Shown one piece after another: positions 27,705 through 39,577 of a stretch of DNA of 64,000 nucleotides. Under the pieces are notes generated by a model. It saw only the letters and a list, made by a program, of their open reading frames with translations. It had not been told where the DNA came from and ran no database searches. The stretch lies in assembly GCA_028023455.1 (NCBI GenBank), contig JAQFVV010000001.1, forward strand, positions 27,528,001-27,592,000, given 5' to 3'. The first letter of the stretch is position 1, and each line of letters opens with the position of its first letter. This stretch comes from Epiperipatus broadwayi (lineage: Eukaryota > Animalia > Onychophora). The position numbers and the translations under genes were made by a program.

Positions 27705-29893
27705 TGTAACGGGCACAGACGACATTACATTGTTTTTTTATTAAATAATTTAATATATTAGTAAACACGAAAAGAATAAAAGTTCGCAAATAAAACTTCC
27801 TTTTCAAGAATTAAAAATTGAAAATTAAAATTTTATACTAAACTCATATATATATAAAATCGCACAGATAAAAAAAAAATATTAAAAAGAAACGTTATTA
27901 AAAAAAAAGAAAAAAGTATTTTAAAACTAAATTGTCAGTAAAGATTTAAAGATAAAAATATATCTTTAAGTTGGAAAACACATTAATTAATCAGAAAATG
28001 GAAATGATTGTTTTAATTAGTTAAATGTAAACTACCCTGAGGCATTTAAAATGTATAAGCAAAGGTCAGATAGGAGAGAAACACAATGGAATCGAACCTC
28101 AGCAAAAGGACCATCACATCGATGATGTAATGCCAATTGAATCCTTAAAATTAATATAAAAGGAAAAGTTTGGAAATTATTAGTTAGTTATAACAGGAGA
28201 TGACAGATATGTGTTAAGTTGGAGGAGAAGGGATTGAAAGACGCACTTTCAATTCCTTCAGTTGTTCAAAAAAATGAAACATTGTTTTCCAATATTGCGG
28301 ACCACAGGACATCAAGGTCCGAAAAATACCATCAACCATAAAGGACCAACGGTTAACTGCACACTGATCTCTTTATGACTTTGTGGGAATTAACACCTTC
28401 CATTACAAAAAATCAGAGACTACGGACATTTTTCAAAACAGTAAGAAATATATAATTAATGAACATTTGAAAACATTAAGAACTCTAAAATATAAACTTT
28501 TTCTCAATATTTAATTTATAGAAATAGAATCCTATCTGACCAACTTTATTTATTAATAAGTAATTTTAATTGGATGTATTTCTTTTGTAAAATCATTTCC
28601 ATTTATTTGTTTATTTATTTTTTTTGTTCTTTAAGTTTTATTTATGATTTTTTGTTTTGCGATAAATTAAATTATATAAATGTTAAACTTAAGTCGGGCG
28701 TGAATGGCTATATAGATTTGTAAAGTTATATTAGGGGAGGGTAATCTTGGGTTATTTGTTTCATAGTTGAATTAGGTCAATGGATTGGATATATTGGTGT
28801 AATTAGTAGATATAGTATGAGGTTCGCTATGGGCAGAATCGCTTTATATGCCGCACACACTCGTTTTGCCTATGGGTGGAATTATAAGACGGAGACCGCA
28901 GTTCCTTCCTATGGAGTTTTTTTTATTGCTCTTCTTGTCAGATGTAGTATTCCTATCTGATGAGCGGCAATTTCTTCTCTTAACCTTTTGTGCTGCCGTA
29001 TTTCGTATTACATTGAATGCATCAATATATCAGATGAATTGACGTTAGTTTGACTGCGAACTTTGGCCTAAGATTAAATAAGGATAGAATATTTTCTTTC
29101 AAATGCAAATCTATGTAGTCTATTCATACTCAACATTCTAAATAAAAATGCATTAAATTTAAGTTGGGTATGGATGTTGCATGGATTCGTTATCGGTTAA
29201 TTATGTTTTTGGTTTTCATATTTGATCAAAATATATAGACATTCAGTAAATAATGATACCTTACGGTGAGTATCTAAAATGTATTTATTCAGATGTCTTT
29301 TAAGTTATTGGTGTCTCTGCGGTATCTTATGATGAATACCATTGGGTTTCTTGTATACCCTATGCAATTGACGGTATCAATGACTTTGGATTTTGATCAT
29401 TTATGTTTATTTTGAAATGTTTTTTTAACCGTGTAATCTATGTAACCGATCTATACTCAACATTTTAAAACAAACTTTTATAAACCCATCTGTGCGAACT
29501 TATAATAGAATAAAAATTAAAATGTAAATTAAAATCTAAAATAAAAGTTAAAAATAATGTTAAATGTTAAAGTAAACATGCTAAAATAATAATGTTAAAT
29601 TTTATATATATGTGCGTAAATAAATGTTAGTGTGTATAATTATTGGCAGTCGCTTATTTTATTCTTTTTTTATATATATTCTTATTAAGAATTTATTATA
29701 AAATGTAAATCTCTGCTATTCCACTGAGCTAGTGACCATGGGCTAATGACCGGATATCAAAATATAAAAACAAAAAAAATTTTTTTTTTTTTACTTACGT
29801 ATCTGCCTACTTTATAAATTTTTCTAGGTTCAAATGCCTAGATGGTGCCCTGTAGTGCAGATTACACTAAGTACCTTTCTCCGGATCGTTATG
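27705..29893 (+). mobile_element. Solo-LTR-like element, family copy 1 (2189 bp)
   Basis: Ends TGTAACG..CGTTATG, flanked by a 4-bp TSD AAAG (27701-04 / 29894-97). TATAAAAG at 28155. Homologous along its length to 47699-49748 and 60226-62400 (both inverted). No coding capacity. Confidence 0.8.
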
Positions 29894-30116
29894 AAAGATA
29901 TTAAGTTAGAATTAAGAATAAAATAAAATAAAACATAAAAATAGAATATATATGTTTAGGAAGTTTTTAATTAATAAATATAGAATGTAAAAAAAGGGTA
30001 AAAATTATATATTTTTTAAAAAGTAATAAATAGACGATGATTATAAGATGTATATATAGAATGTAAATTATATGTTCATGTATATTTATATTTATATTCT
30101 TATGTTTATATTATGT

Positions 30117-30163
30117 TGTAGTTTTGAAGATGATTGCTAGGGCAATCGAAACTGTGAACTGTA
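30117..30163 (+). ncRNA. Degenerate PLE-type hammerhead ribozyme motif
   Basis: TGTAGTT [stem Ia] TTGAAGA T GATTGC-TAGG-GCAATC [perfect stem II] GAAA CTG TG AACTGTA [stem Ib]. C3 is changed to T and the cleavage position is G, so it is probably inactive. Confidence 0.65.
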
Positions 30164-30695
30164 AAAGTGGGTAGTAAATAAAGCATTGTGTAATAGTAGC
30201 AAAGTGCACAGATGATTTAGTATTATATGGGAATAATTAATTTTGTTTATCTTAATGAAAAGAATTGAGAATTAATTGTGACATAACCTCTGTGGAAAAT
30301 GCTTTGGCTTCCTTGTATATTATCTATCTTGATTATTATGTTTTATATCATTCAAAATAATTGTTTGTGATCTCCTTGGCATATTTTTTGATTAAAAGTG
30401 GTCATTTTATGAATATTATTCCAGATTATGAGAATTGTTTTATATGAGAACCATTGGTTATTATTTTGTATGATCACGCACTTATAAATTCATAATATTT
30501 AATATAATTACAAATTATTGAAGAGATTAAATAATTTCTTGATTTCTTCTTATCGTTAATCTTTAGATTCACAATATTATGATTACATAAAAAATGGTAT
30601 TTGGAAATATAATGTAATAAAAATACAATTTTGGAATATTTTAAGGTAAATTATTTCTGAAGAATTGATTATTAATGCACACAATGTTAAAGAAG

Positions 30696-30697
<2 letters not shown>

Positions 30698-30762
<65 letters not shown>
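30698..30762. repeat. Compound microsatellite (CT)n(AT)n
   Basis: Directly visible. Confidence 0.98.
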
Positions 30763-30765
<3 letters not shown>

Positions 30766-33700
30766 CTGAGATATAGTTAACATTAATGAAAAATTTGAGG
30801 ACATCTTTGAACTTTTAAGTTTACATAACTCAACTTTTTTTAGAGCAATCAAAAATGCTATGGTGAATTAATGACTTTTAAGTTAAATTCTGTGTAATTT
30901 TGATATTGTAAAACTATGATAAATTAACATCCATTTCTTCAATTAATTTTTATTTAACAGTTATAAATATATAGAATTTGCCATAAAAAAATTGTCTATT
31001 ATTCTCTCTGCTTGTAAATGCAGTTTGTGTCTTCAAATTATGCATCATTAGTTACAATATTAAATACAATTTGAAAAAATATTCATACCAAATTTAAAAA
31101 TATAATTTAATAATATTTATTGTACCGAGTATACATTCAACACTTTCACATCATATTCATAGCCAGTCTGCTGAGAACGTTAATTTATTGTTGATTTGAA
31201 TGCTACTAGGTTTTTGTTTCATTATGTAATTAAATATTAAATGTAATTCTATGTAAGTTTTATTTGCAAAATATTATTTAGTAGCTTCTTTACTATTATT
31301 TTTTCTAATATATTCATTATGCAATAATGTATTTAACTTAGTAAGCATTAATTTTTTGTTGAAGATTAAAATAATAATAATTATTATCATCATTATTATC
31401 CTCATCCTGCTTTTTTTTAAAAAAAAACCTCTTTGTTAACTTCTATAAAAAAAAAAAAACATTTTTTTTTTTTTTTGGAACAGTAATAAAAAATGCTAAG
31501 GTGTTTTATTTAAAGTGTTTTTACTACTATTTATAATAATTAAAATTAAAAGCATCAAAGTTTTTGAAGCAGATTTAAATATCAAGTCCTAATATAATTA
31601 ATGTTAATGAAGTGGTAAGAGTTATTAAACTATCATTGACAATGATTAAATCTTATTGTTTGGTTACAGTGTCCAATTACTAGTTATTGCATTTGTTTTG
31701 TGATCAAACTTAACATACATACTTATTTATATGTTAGAACATCTTTGAGCAATCTAGATGTTGAATTTTTTTGTTCATCATTTACTTGCTCCATTTTAAG
31801 GCTAGAATCCATATTATGTTATTTTAATTTTCATAATGAGCCTCCTGAATTATAGCATAATTCGGAAGTGTTTATTTAGAAATCTTATGTTAAAATTAAT
31901 TTAAAAAGAGTGCTTTTTTTTTTTTACATGATGTTATCAGTATGACCAGCAGTTAAATTAGTAATACTACTATGACCAATCAGTGATAAATTTGATTATT
32001 GTTGTTAAAATAACATAATTTTTTCCTCACTAAAACCATATGGAACAGGTGATCATATGATGATCATTGTTGTTGTTAGTGTGCTATACAGTTTTATACA
32101 TTATTTTTTATTTAAAACTGCATCAAAAAATTTAATGTTTTAGTTTTAGCACAACTTCTTTAATAATATCTTTATGTCCATAAGGTTTGATTCAAATCCA
32201 GATTGAATGGGACAAATTATTAGCAAGTTTGGTATTTTTTCAGGGAGATAGTTCATTGCTAGTCTACCTAGTCAGTCTGTAAATGAGTATGTAGATATTT
32301 ATAACTAAAGGAGAAATAAACTCTTTATTTTTTCATTTCTCTGCATTTGGTCAACTGCTGAACCCATGACTCCACAATGAGTTTATTATCTCACCAAAAT
32401 TACTGCAAAAGTTTACTTTTTGTGAAGCTAGCTCCTGCCAAAATAATTTTGAATAATTTGATATCATGTTTTTGTTAATCATCTATATTTTTTAAAACTA
32501 GAAAATAAAAATTTTAAATTTAACAAAAATTCTATATATTAACCTGATAAACATATCTTTGTATTAATTGCTATTTTGGATTTTTCAGTAGTTATTAATA
32601 TATTTAAGTATGAAGTTGATATTAAAAATATTTTGTGGGTATATTTTTGATAAAAAAATATAAAAATCTATTTGTGTATTTTCAACTATTAATTTTATCT
32701 GTCATTTTTTGCATTAATAGATGACTGACTAAACTTAAAAAAAAAAAAACACCTTTGGCAGTACTAGATGGCAATTTGATTTTTTTTTGATATTTCAAAA
32801 TTTAATTTCTTGTAGAAAATGTAATAAATGACTTTCTTAAATTATAAATTATTTATTTTTTAAAAATGTAATTCTATTTTTATCCTTATATTTTTTTGAC
32901 AGGGACAGGAAGTTGATAGGAGAAAAATTAGGGGAAGATGGATTAAAATTTTAAACTTGGGGCATATATATTTTTTAAAAAGTCAGAAAATTGTTTTTTT
33001 TTTTTTATTTTTAAATTGTATTCACTCTTACAAATGTGTATATATATAAGTTTTTGTATAAAAGTAAATATAAAAATTAAGATATTTTAATCTGCACACA
33101 AATTTTTATACTTAATTCTTTCATACTACTTATTTTACATTTATTTTCAATCTAAATTCATTCATTTATTTCTTAATTAAAATTTACATTATTAATTTTT
33201 CAATTCTTTATGATGAACTTTCATTTTTAAAATGAAGTTATTTGAAAAGGTTTTGAATTATAGATTTCTTAAGTAATTATAGATCACATCTATTCATTTA
33301 AATGTTTTATATGTGGAATGATTTAGCTTTATTATGCAATTTATTCACTTAGCTAAATAATAATGATGATAATGAATTTAATTTATTGTTTTAAATCAAA
33401 ATTTTATTAATTTTTTAATAGTTTTTTTTAATAAAGTCAACTAAAATTTTCTTCTATATGCAAGAAAGAACAGTTAAAAAAATATAATTGCATGGAGTTT
33501 TAACTTTTATTTGAGTTGTTACAGTATGAATATGTATTTGCATTTTAATGATTCATTAAAGTTTATGATATAACTAAATATTAATATATTAGAATGAATT
33601 GTATTGAGAAGATCGTAAGTAATGGCGAATTACTGTCAACAATGATCAATTATTATTGCTCGATCATAATATTCTTTTGCTTAATTATCACAACTTGCCT

Positions 33701-35944
33701 TTAAACAGAGAAAGAACATAATGAATGTATATTTGAAATGCATATTTTGTTTGTCAGTTTAATTAATATACATATTTTTTTAAATTACAAAATAAATAAT
33801 TTTTTGTTATGTATATATAAATTGATTTTTGTTGCCTATTGTAAATTTAATAAAAGTTAGATCATATTAAATAAAATATATTCTGTTTCAAAATATAATA
33901 AATATTGCATCAACAAAAAATATATAAATATAATACAATGAGAAACTGGATTTATGAAAAAAAAAAAAAACCCATTTGTTGAAGAAGCAAAAATATCAAT
34001 TTATTTTTTTTAAAAATTATATTTGAGTATCAGTACACAGTTTTAATTAGAAATACAATTTTTATAGAGCATGAATAGTCTTTAGTTAGTTGACTATAGC
34101 ACATCTTCAGTTTTTAAAGGTAGACAAACTTTTTTTAAAAAATCATTTATTTTTTTTACATTGTTTATTTAAGAAGTACTTATTAAGTTCAAATGTATGT
34201 TTACTAAAAATTTAAATACAGTTTGCACAACATTTTTCAAAACCTTTAATTCTTTGATTCCTTTTAAATTTAGAAAATTTCAGAAGTATATAAAGTTATT
34301 CAAATATATACCAGTAATTATTATGTAAAATCAAGAAATTAAAAGTTCAATTGTTATATATGAATATATTTTAAATACTAAAATAATTATGAAATAGATA
34401 AAATAAATAAAATTGAATACCTGATTATCAAGAAATTTTGTGTTGCTATGTGACAAGAATTTGATATTGTAATAAAAGTTGTACCATTTTTATTATGTTG
34501 TTTTATGAATAGTGACATATATAAAAGTGATAAGTAAACAAGGCAAATGCTTTAAAGCATTTCTATATTTTTTAGATAAAAAAAATTATTAATTAAAGAC
34601 AAATTTCAGTAATACTGATTGAACATAATTAAATATAATTGTATAATTCGCTTAATATTGTTTAAAAAAAATAAAAAGAATGTACATTCATTATTCACTG
34701 CAATTACTTAGATTATAAAGAAATTTTGCATTGTATATGTGCTAAAAAAATTATAATAAAAGTTGTGTCTTGTTTATATGCTATTTCAGAAACTGATCTA
34801 ATATAAAAATGACTGCTTCACTTATATTGTTTTTCTGCTAATATTTTGAGATAAATGTTTAGTATATAGAATTGCAGTTGAGAGTGAATAGTAAATAAAG
34901 TAACATGATTTATTTAACTATTCAACATATCAATAACAGGAACTATTTTTTGAGCATATGTTTTGCTGCATTAAATTAATGATGTAACTCTTCCCCGACA
35001 CTAAAATTTTCACTAAAATGAACTTTTACTATAAAATTACACTCTTTTTGTGTTTGGTTTTCATATGCAGTTGCAAATCAATTAGCTTTCACACAATTTA
35101 TATATAAATTATTTTTTTCTTAAAATGTATAGAATGAAAGTGATATTCTTTGATTATATTTTTTGATATAACAAGTTAGTGATACAATTGTGCTTGGACG
35201 TGAAAACTGTTGTTATATATTTTTCTGTTCTCATTTTTTTTGAAAATGAATTTTTTGCACAAAAGCACAAGTTTTTGCTTTTGATTATTTGTATACAGTT
35301 GCCAGTTGATATATTTTATTCATATAGCTTATGGATAAATTAAACTGTTGCTTTTTTTTTTACTCTGTTTCCATTTGTTTTGAAAATGGATTTTTTTTTG
35401 TAAAATTGCAAATTTTTTGATTTTATGTGTTATGCACAATTTATAATTGCATGTATTATAGTTATTCATTTAGCATATGGATAAATATATTTTGACTTGA
35501 TTTTTTAACATTTCAACTTTTGCATTGATAATGATTATGGTAATTATAATCTCTTTATACATTTTTGCAATGCTTGTGTTAGCTATTCTAAAAGTCCTCA
35601 GAAAGTAAAGTTTTGAATTTATGGATTTTAGAATAATAGTAGTTTATGGATATTAATATATTCTTAATAAATTTTTTTATCCTACTACATATTTTTTATA
35701 CTTAAATAATTGGTCTTTAATTTATCTGTTGAAATCTTATCTGCTATATAGTAGTACTCCACAAATACCAAAAATATGCTCATTAAGATTGTCTCAGATT
35801 AAAGATAAATCATACAGAATCAGAGTTATCAACAAGAAAGACAATCTAGAAGTAAAATTTCAAGTAAATAATAACATGAATAATCAAATGTACTAGGAAG
35901 AGAAACCATCAAAAGGTGAATCTGGTACTACCTTTCTTTATTGA

Positions 35945-36135
35945 GTCATCATGATCATATGAGACATTTAAGTCTTTTCTCATAGTGAACATAACCATAC
36001 CATATATATATAAATTAAGTAGTTTTTAGGTTAAATTGTACTGAAGTCATGATCATATAAGACATTTAAGTCTTCTCTCATATAGAACATAGTCATACCA
36101 TATATATAAATAAAGTAGTTTTTGGGTTAAACTGT
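35945..36135. repeat. Tandem duplication (~100-bp unit)
   Basis: catgatcatat(g/a)agacatttaagtctt..cataccatatatata..aagtagttttt(a/g)ggttaaa occurs twice. Confidence 0.9.
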
Positions 36136-36365
36136 GGGTTATTTTTGATTACTTCTCAATGTAGCATCCGTCATTGTCAAGCTTAACTTTTCAAAAAAAA
36201 AAAAAAAAAACAAAAACAAAAAAAACATTAGATCTCAAATAATAACAAGATTGAGTGTGAGGTAAAGAATGAGATTGAGCGTGAAGTAGTTAGGCATTCA
36301 GAATATGTGGATTAATAAAATGTTTATTTTCTTCAGTTTCACCATTATTTGATTTCAAGTTTATA

Positions 36366-38265
36366 TTCATCATCATCAACCATTATCAATCCACTGCAGG
36401 AGGTTTCTCCAAGTTCAATCCATCTCCAATCTTTAGTTTTTCGTCTCCATATCTCTATACACTTTTTTATTTCATCCATCCATCTTATATGTAGTCTCTT
36501 TCTGGATCTTTTACAATCACTTGGAATCCAGTTTAAGATTTCAATTGTCCATCTATTATTATCTCTTCTAGCAACATGTCCAACCCAACTCCAGTCTTTT
36601 AAGTTTTTTCAATGAGGTCAGTAACATCTGTTTGTTCTCTTACCCATATATTGTGTTTTCAATCTCTTCTTGTTACTCCCAACATGCATTTCTCCATACT
36701 TCTTTGAGTCATCTGAAGTCTCTGTATTTAAAAACCTTCCTTTTCAAATACATAGGCATATTTCCTTTTAGTATCAAGTTTTTCTACCAAAAGCACTCCA
36801 ACCAAGTTTAATTCTATGATTAATTTTTATGTTTCCATTTGTATTAATAATCTGACCAATGTATTTGTAACTGTTAACTTTTTCTAACTCTTCATAATCA
36901 ATCTTTATTTTCATATTTTGAGAAAATCCATTAAACATTACTTTAGTCTTTTTAACATTTATCTTTAGTCCTACTTTTCTACTTTCATCTGATAACTCCT
37001 GCAACATTTCCTGCAGCTCTAAAGCATTATTTGCAAACACAACTACATCATCTGCAAAATCTAAATGACTTGAATAATCTCCATTTATTTTCATTCCTTT
37101 AGCTTCCCATTTTAATCCACAAAATACTTCTTGCAGCACTGCTGTAAATTTTTTTTTTGAGATATGGAGTCACCCTGTCTTACAGCCTTCTCATTGTTGA
37201 CTTTCCTGGGATCATTATGTAATCTAATTGTTGCTGTTGCATTTTTATAAATATTCTTTAAAATATGACAATATCCTGGATCTATACTTTGATGATCCAA
37301 TGCTTTAATCACTGAAGAAATGTTTATAGAATCAAATGCCTTTTCATAATCTACAAATCCAAAGCATAATGGCAACTCGTATTCATTTGTCCTTTCTATA
37401 ACTTTTCTCAATATCTGGATATGATCTACTGCACTAAAACCACTTTTAAATCCAGCTTGTTCACTTGGTTGGTGAAAATCCAATGTTCTCTGTAGACAAG
37501 TTGTAATTATCTTGGTAAAAATTTTGTATAAAACTGATAAAAGACTGATAGGTCTGTAATTTGTAATATCTTCTTTATCACCTTTTTAAAATATTAATAT
37601 TAATACTGCATTCTTCCAATCATCTGGTATATTATCATTTAGATATTTGGTATATAACTTTGCTAAAAAAAATTTTATTTCTTCACCTACTTCTTTTAAT
37701 ATATCAATTATAATTCCATCATTACCTGGAGTCTTTTCTTTCTTCATAAATTTAATTGCATGTCTCACTTCTTCATTTAAAATTCTGAGCAATTCAGAAG
37801 ATATAATAGATGTAGGAGATACTTGTTCTCTATTACTATATAATTCTTGATAGAAGTCTTATTTCAACTTATTTCCACATCAGCTCTATTTAAACCAGTT
37901 GTTCTTTTTAATGTTTTAATTGACTCCCTCATGGTACTCAAATCATATTTTCCAAATTAGCAAGTTTCAACTGTTTTTCACATTTTACAAAATTCGAGAT
38001 ATTCAATTCTTTTTAATGCATCATTTTTTGTATATCTTCATATTTCTTCTTTTCTTCATAAATTCTCTAGTCTCAGTAGAAATTTTATTGGTCAATTGCT
38101 GCTTTTTTTTTTACCAGCTATTTTGTTGCAGTTTTTAAAAATGTATCAGTTATTTTCATATTAATTTCATTCAAATCTGAATCATGTTCAAAATCTACTA
38201 ATGTTTGAAACCGATTTGTAAGTTCTAATTTAAATTCATTAAAATGTTTTTGAAGATTAGGAATA
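36366..38265 (-). mobile_element. Degenerate RTE-clade LINE (RT region to 3' tail)
   Basis: ORFs with EQAGFKSGFS..DHIQ..FVDYEKAFDS..VRQGDSIS and HLDFADDVV..YKYIGQ. (GAT)n-type 3' tail (catcatcatc on +) at ~36366. Confidence 0.9.
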
Positions 38266-38274
38266 TAAACTGTA

Positions 38275-38570
38275 AATATTAGAAGAGATAAATAAGTGAT
38301 CTCCATGAGGCTAGAATACATTGTGCTTCATCAGCTCTATTTAAACCAGTTGTTCTTTTTAATATTTTAATGGACTCCCTCATGGTTCTCAAATCATATT
38401 TCCTAAACTAGCAAGTATTAAAGTACTTGCTAATTTGGAAAAGTATATTTGAGAACCATGATGGAATCGACTGAAACATTAAAAAGACAAACTAGTTTAA
38501 ATAGAGCTCATGAGCACAACATATTCCATCCTTATGGAGATCACTTACTTAATCTCTTCTAATATAAACT
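38275..38570. repeat. ~300-bp hairpin, with additional ~270-bp inverted arms (36095-36365 vs 38556-38775) bracketing the RTE
   Basis: Centre ctagcaagta-ttaaag-tacttgctaa (loop 38418-23). The arms pair out to agaagaga..gatctcca / tggagatc..tctcttct and partly duplicate RTE 37879-37965. Confidence 0.85.
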
Positions 38571-39329
38571 TGAAATCAAATAATGATGAAACTAAAGAAA
38601 ATAAATGTATTGTTAATCCACATATTCTGAATGCTCAACTACTCAGACTCATTCTCATTCTTTACCTCACACTCAATCTCGTTACTATTAGAGTCAACGG
38701 TGGATGCTATTTCATCGAAAGGTTGGGAAGTAATCAAAAATAACACACGGTTTACTTTATTTACATCATATAGCTGTGAAAACATTAAATATAATATGTA
38801 TATATATGAGTAGGAATATCTTTAACATTTGTTTTCAAGTATCCTTACATTCTGTAGATTGATTGAATAGATAACGAATTTATTAAATGTTTAAAAGAAA
38901 GTTTCATTTTTTTTTTTTGTATAAATTAATTAAAATTTGTATTTTCTTTTATCTTTTTCATAGTTACAATTATATATGTAAAAAAAATCATACACTTTAT
39001 TTTTCTACTAAGTTAAGGTTGTAAAATATTTTCAATATAAGAACATATTACTGTAAAACATTTAAAAAATATATATATAAGTTGCAATCATTTAGTTAAA
39101 GTCTATGGTTGAGTTGTGAGAGGAAGAGTTATTATTTAACCATGATTAAGCAAGCTACCTCTAATTATCATTAAATTCTGGGGAAAGCATTATTTATTTA
39201 TCCAGCAAACTTAAAGACTTAAGTTTTTAATGTCAGTTGATTAGGACTATCAAAGAATGTCCAGGTAAATCATCATTTTTGGATTAATCTACTTCATATT
39301 TGCTGCTAACATTTCAATTATTCTGGATG

Positions 39330-39577
39330 TGAGTATTGTATCGGTCGGTTCGCATACGCACTCAACTCTATCTAGAATCTCAACACAAGTACCTCGAGTC
39401 CAATCATCCACGAGATACATATGTCAGGAACATTCATGAATTCTGCCCTGTATGCCCAGATTTTAGGTTCAATTACTTATGAACAGCAGCTCCGATAATA
39501 CTAGAATATGTAATTTACTGCCGGCCGACATCACACATTGGAGAAAGAAAGAGACTTAGGAGAAAATCATGGTAGGT
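39330..39577 (+). promoter_or_regulatory. CpG-retaining segment ending in a possible first exon (aaaatcATG|gtaggt)
   Basis: Cluster of CpGs in a CpG-poor window; ATG at 39569-39571 is followed directly by a GTAGGT donor. No downstream exons identified. Confidence 0.25.

Noticed and set aside
28975-29000. CTGATGA inside the solo-LTR family (also 56466 in the piggyBac remnant)
   Set aside because: No stem II plus GAAA geometry, so not a hammerhead.
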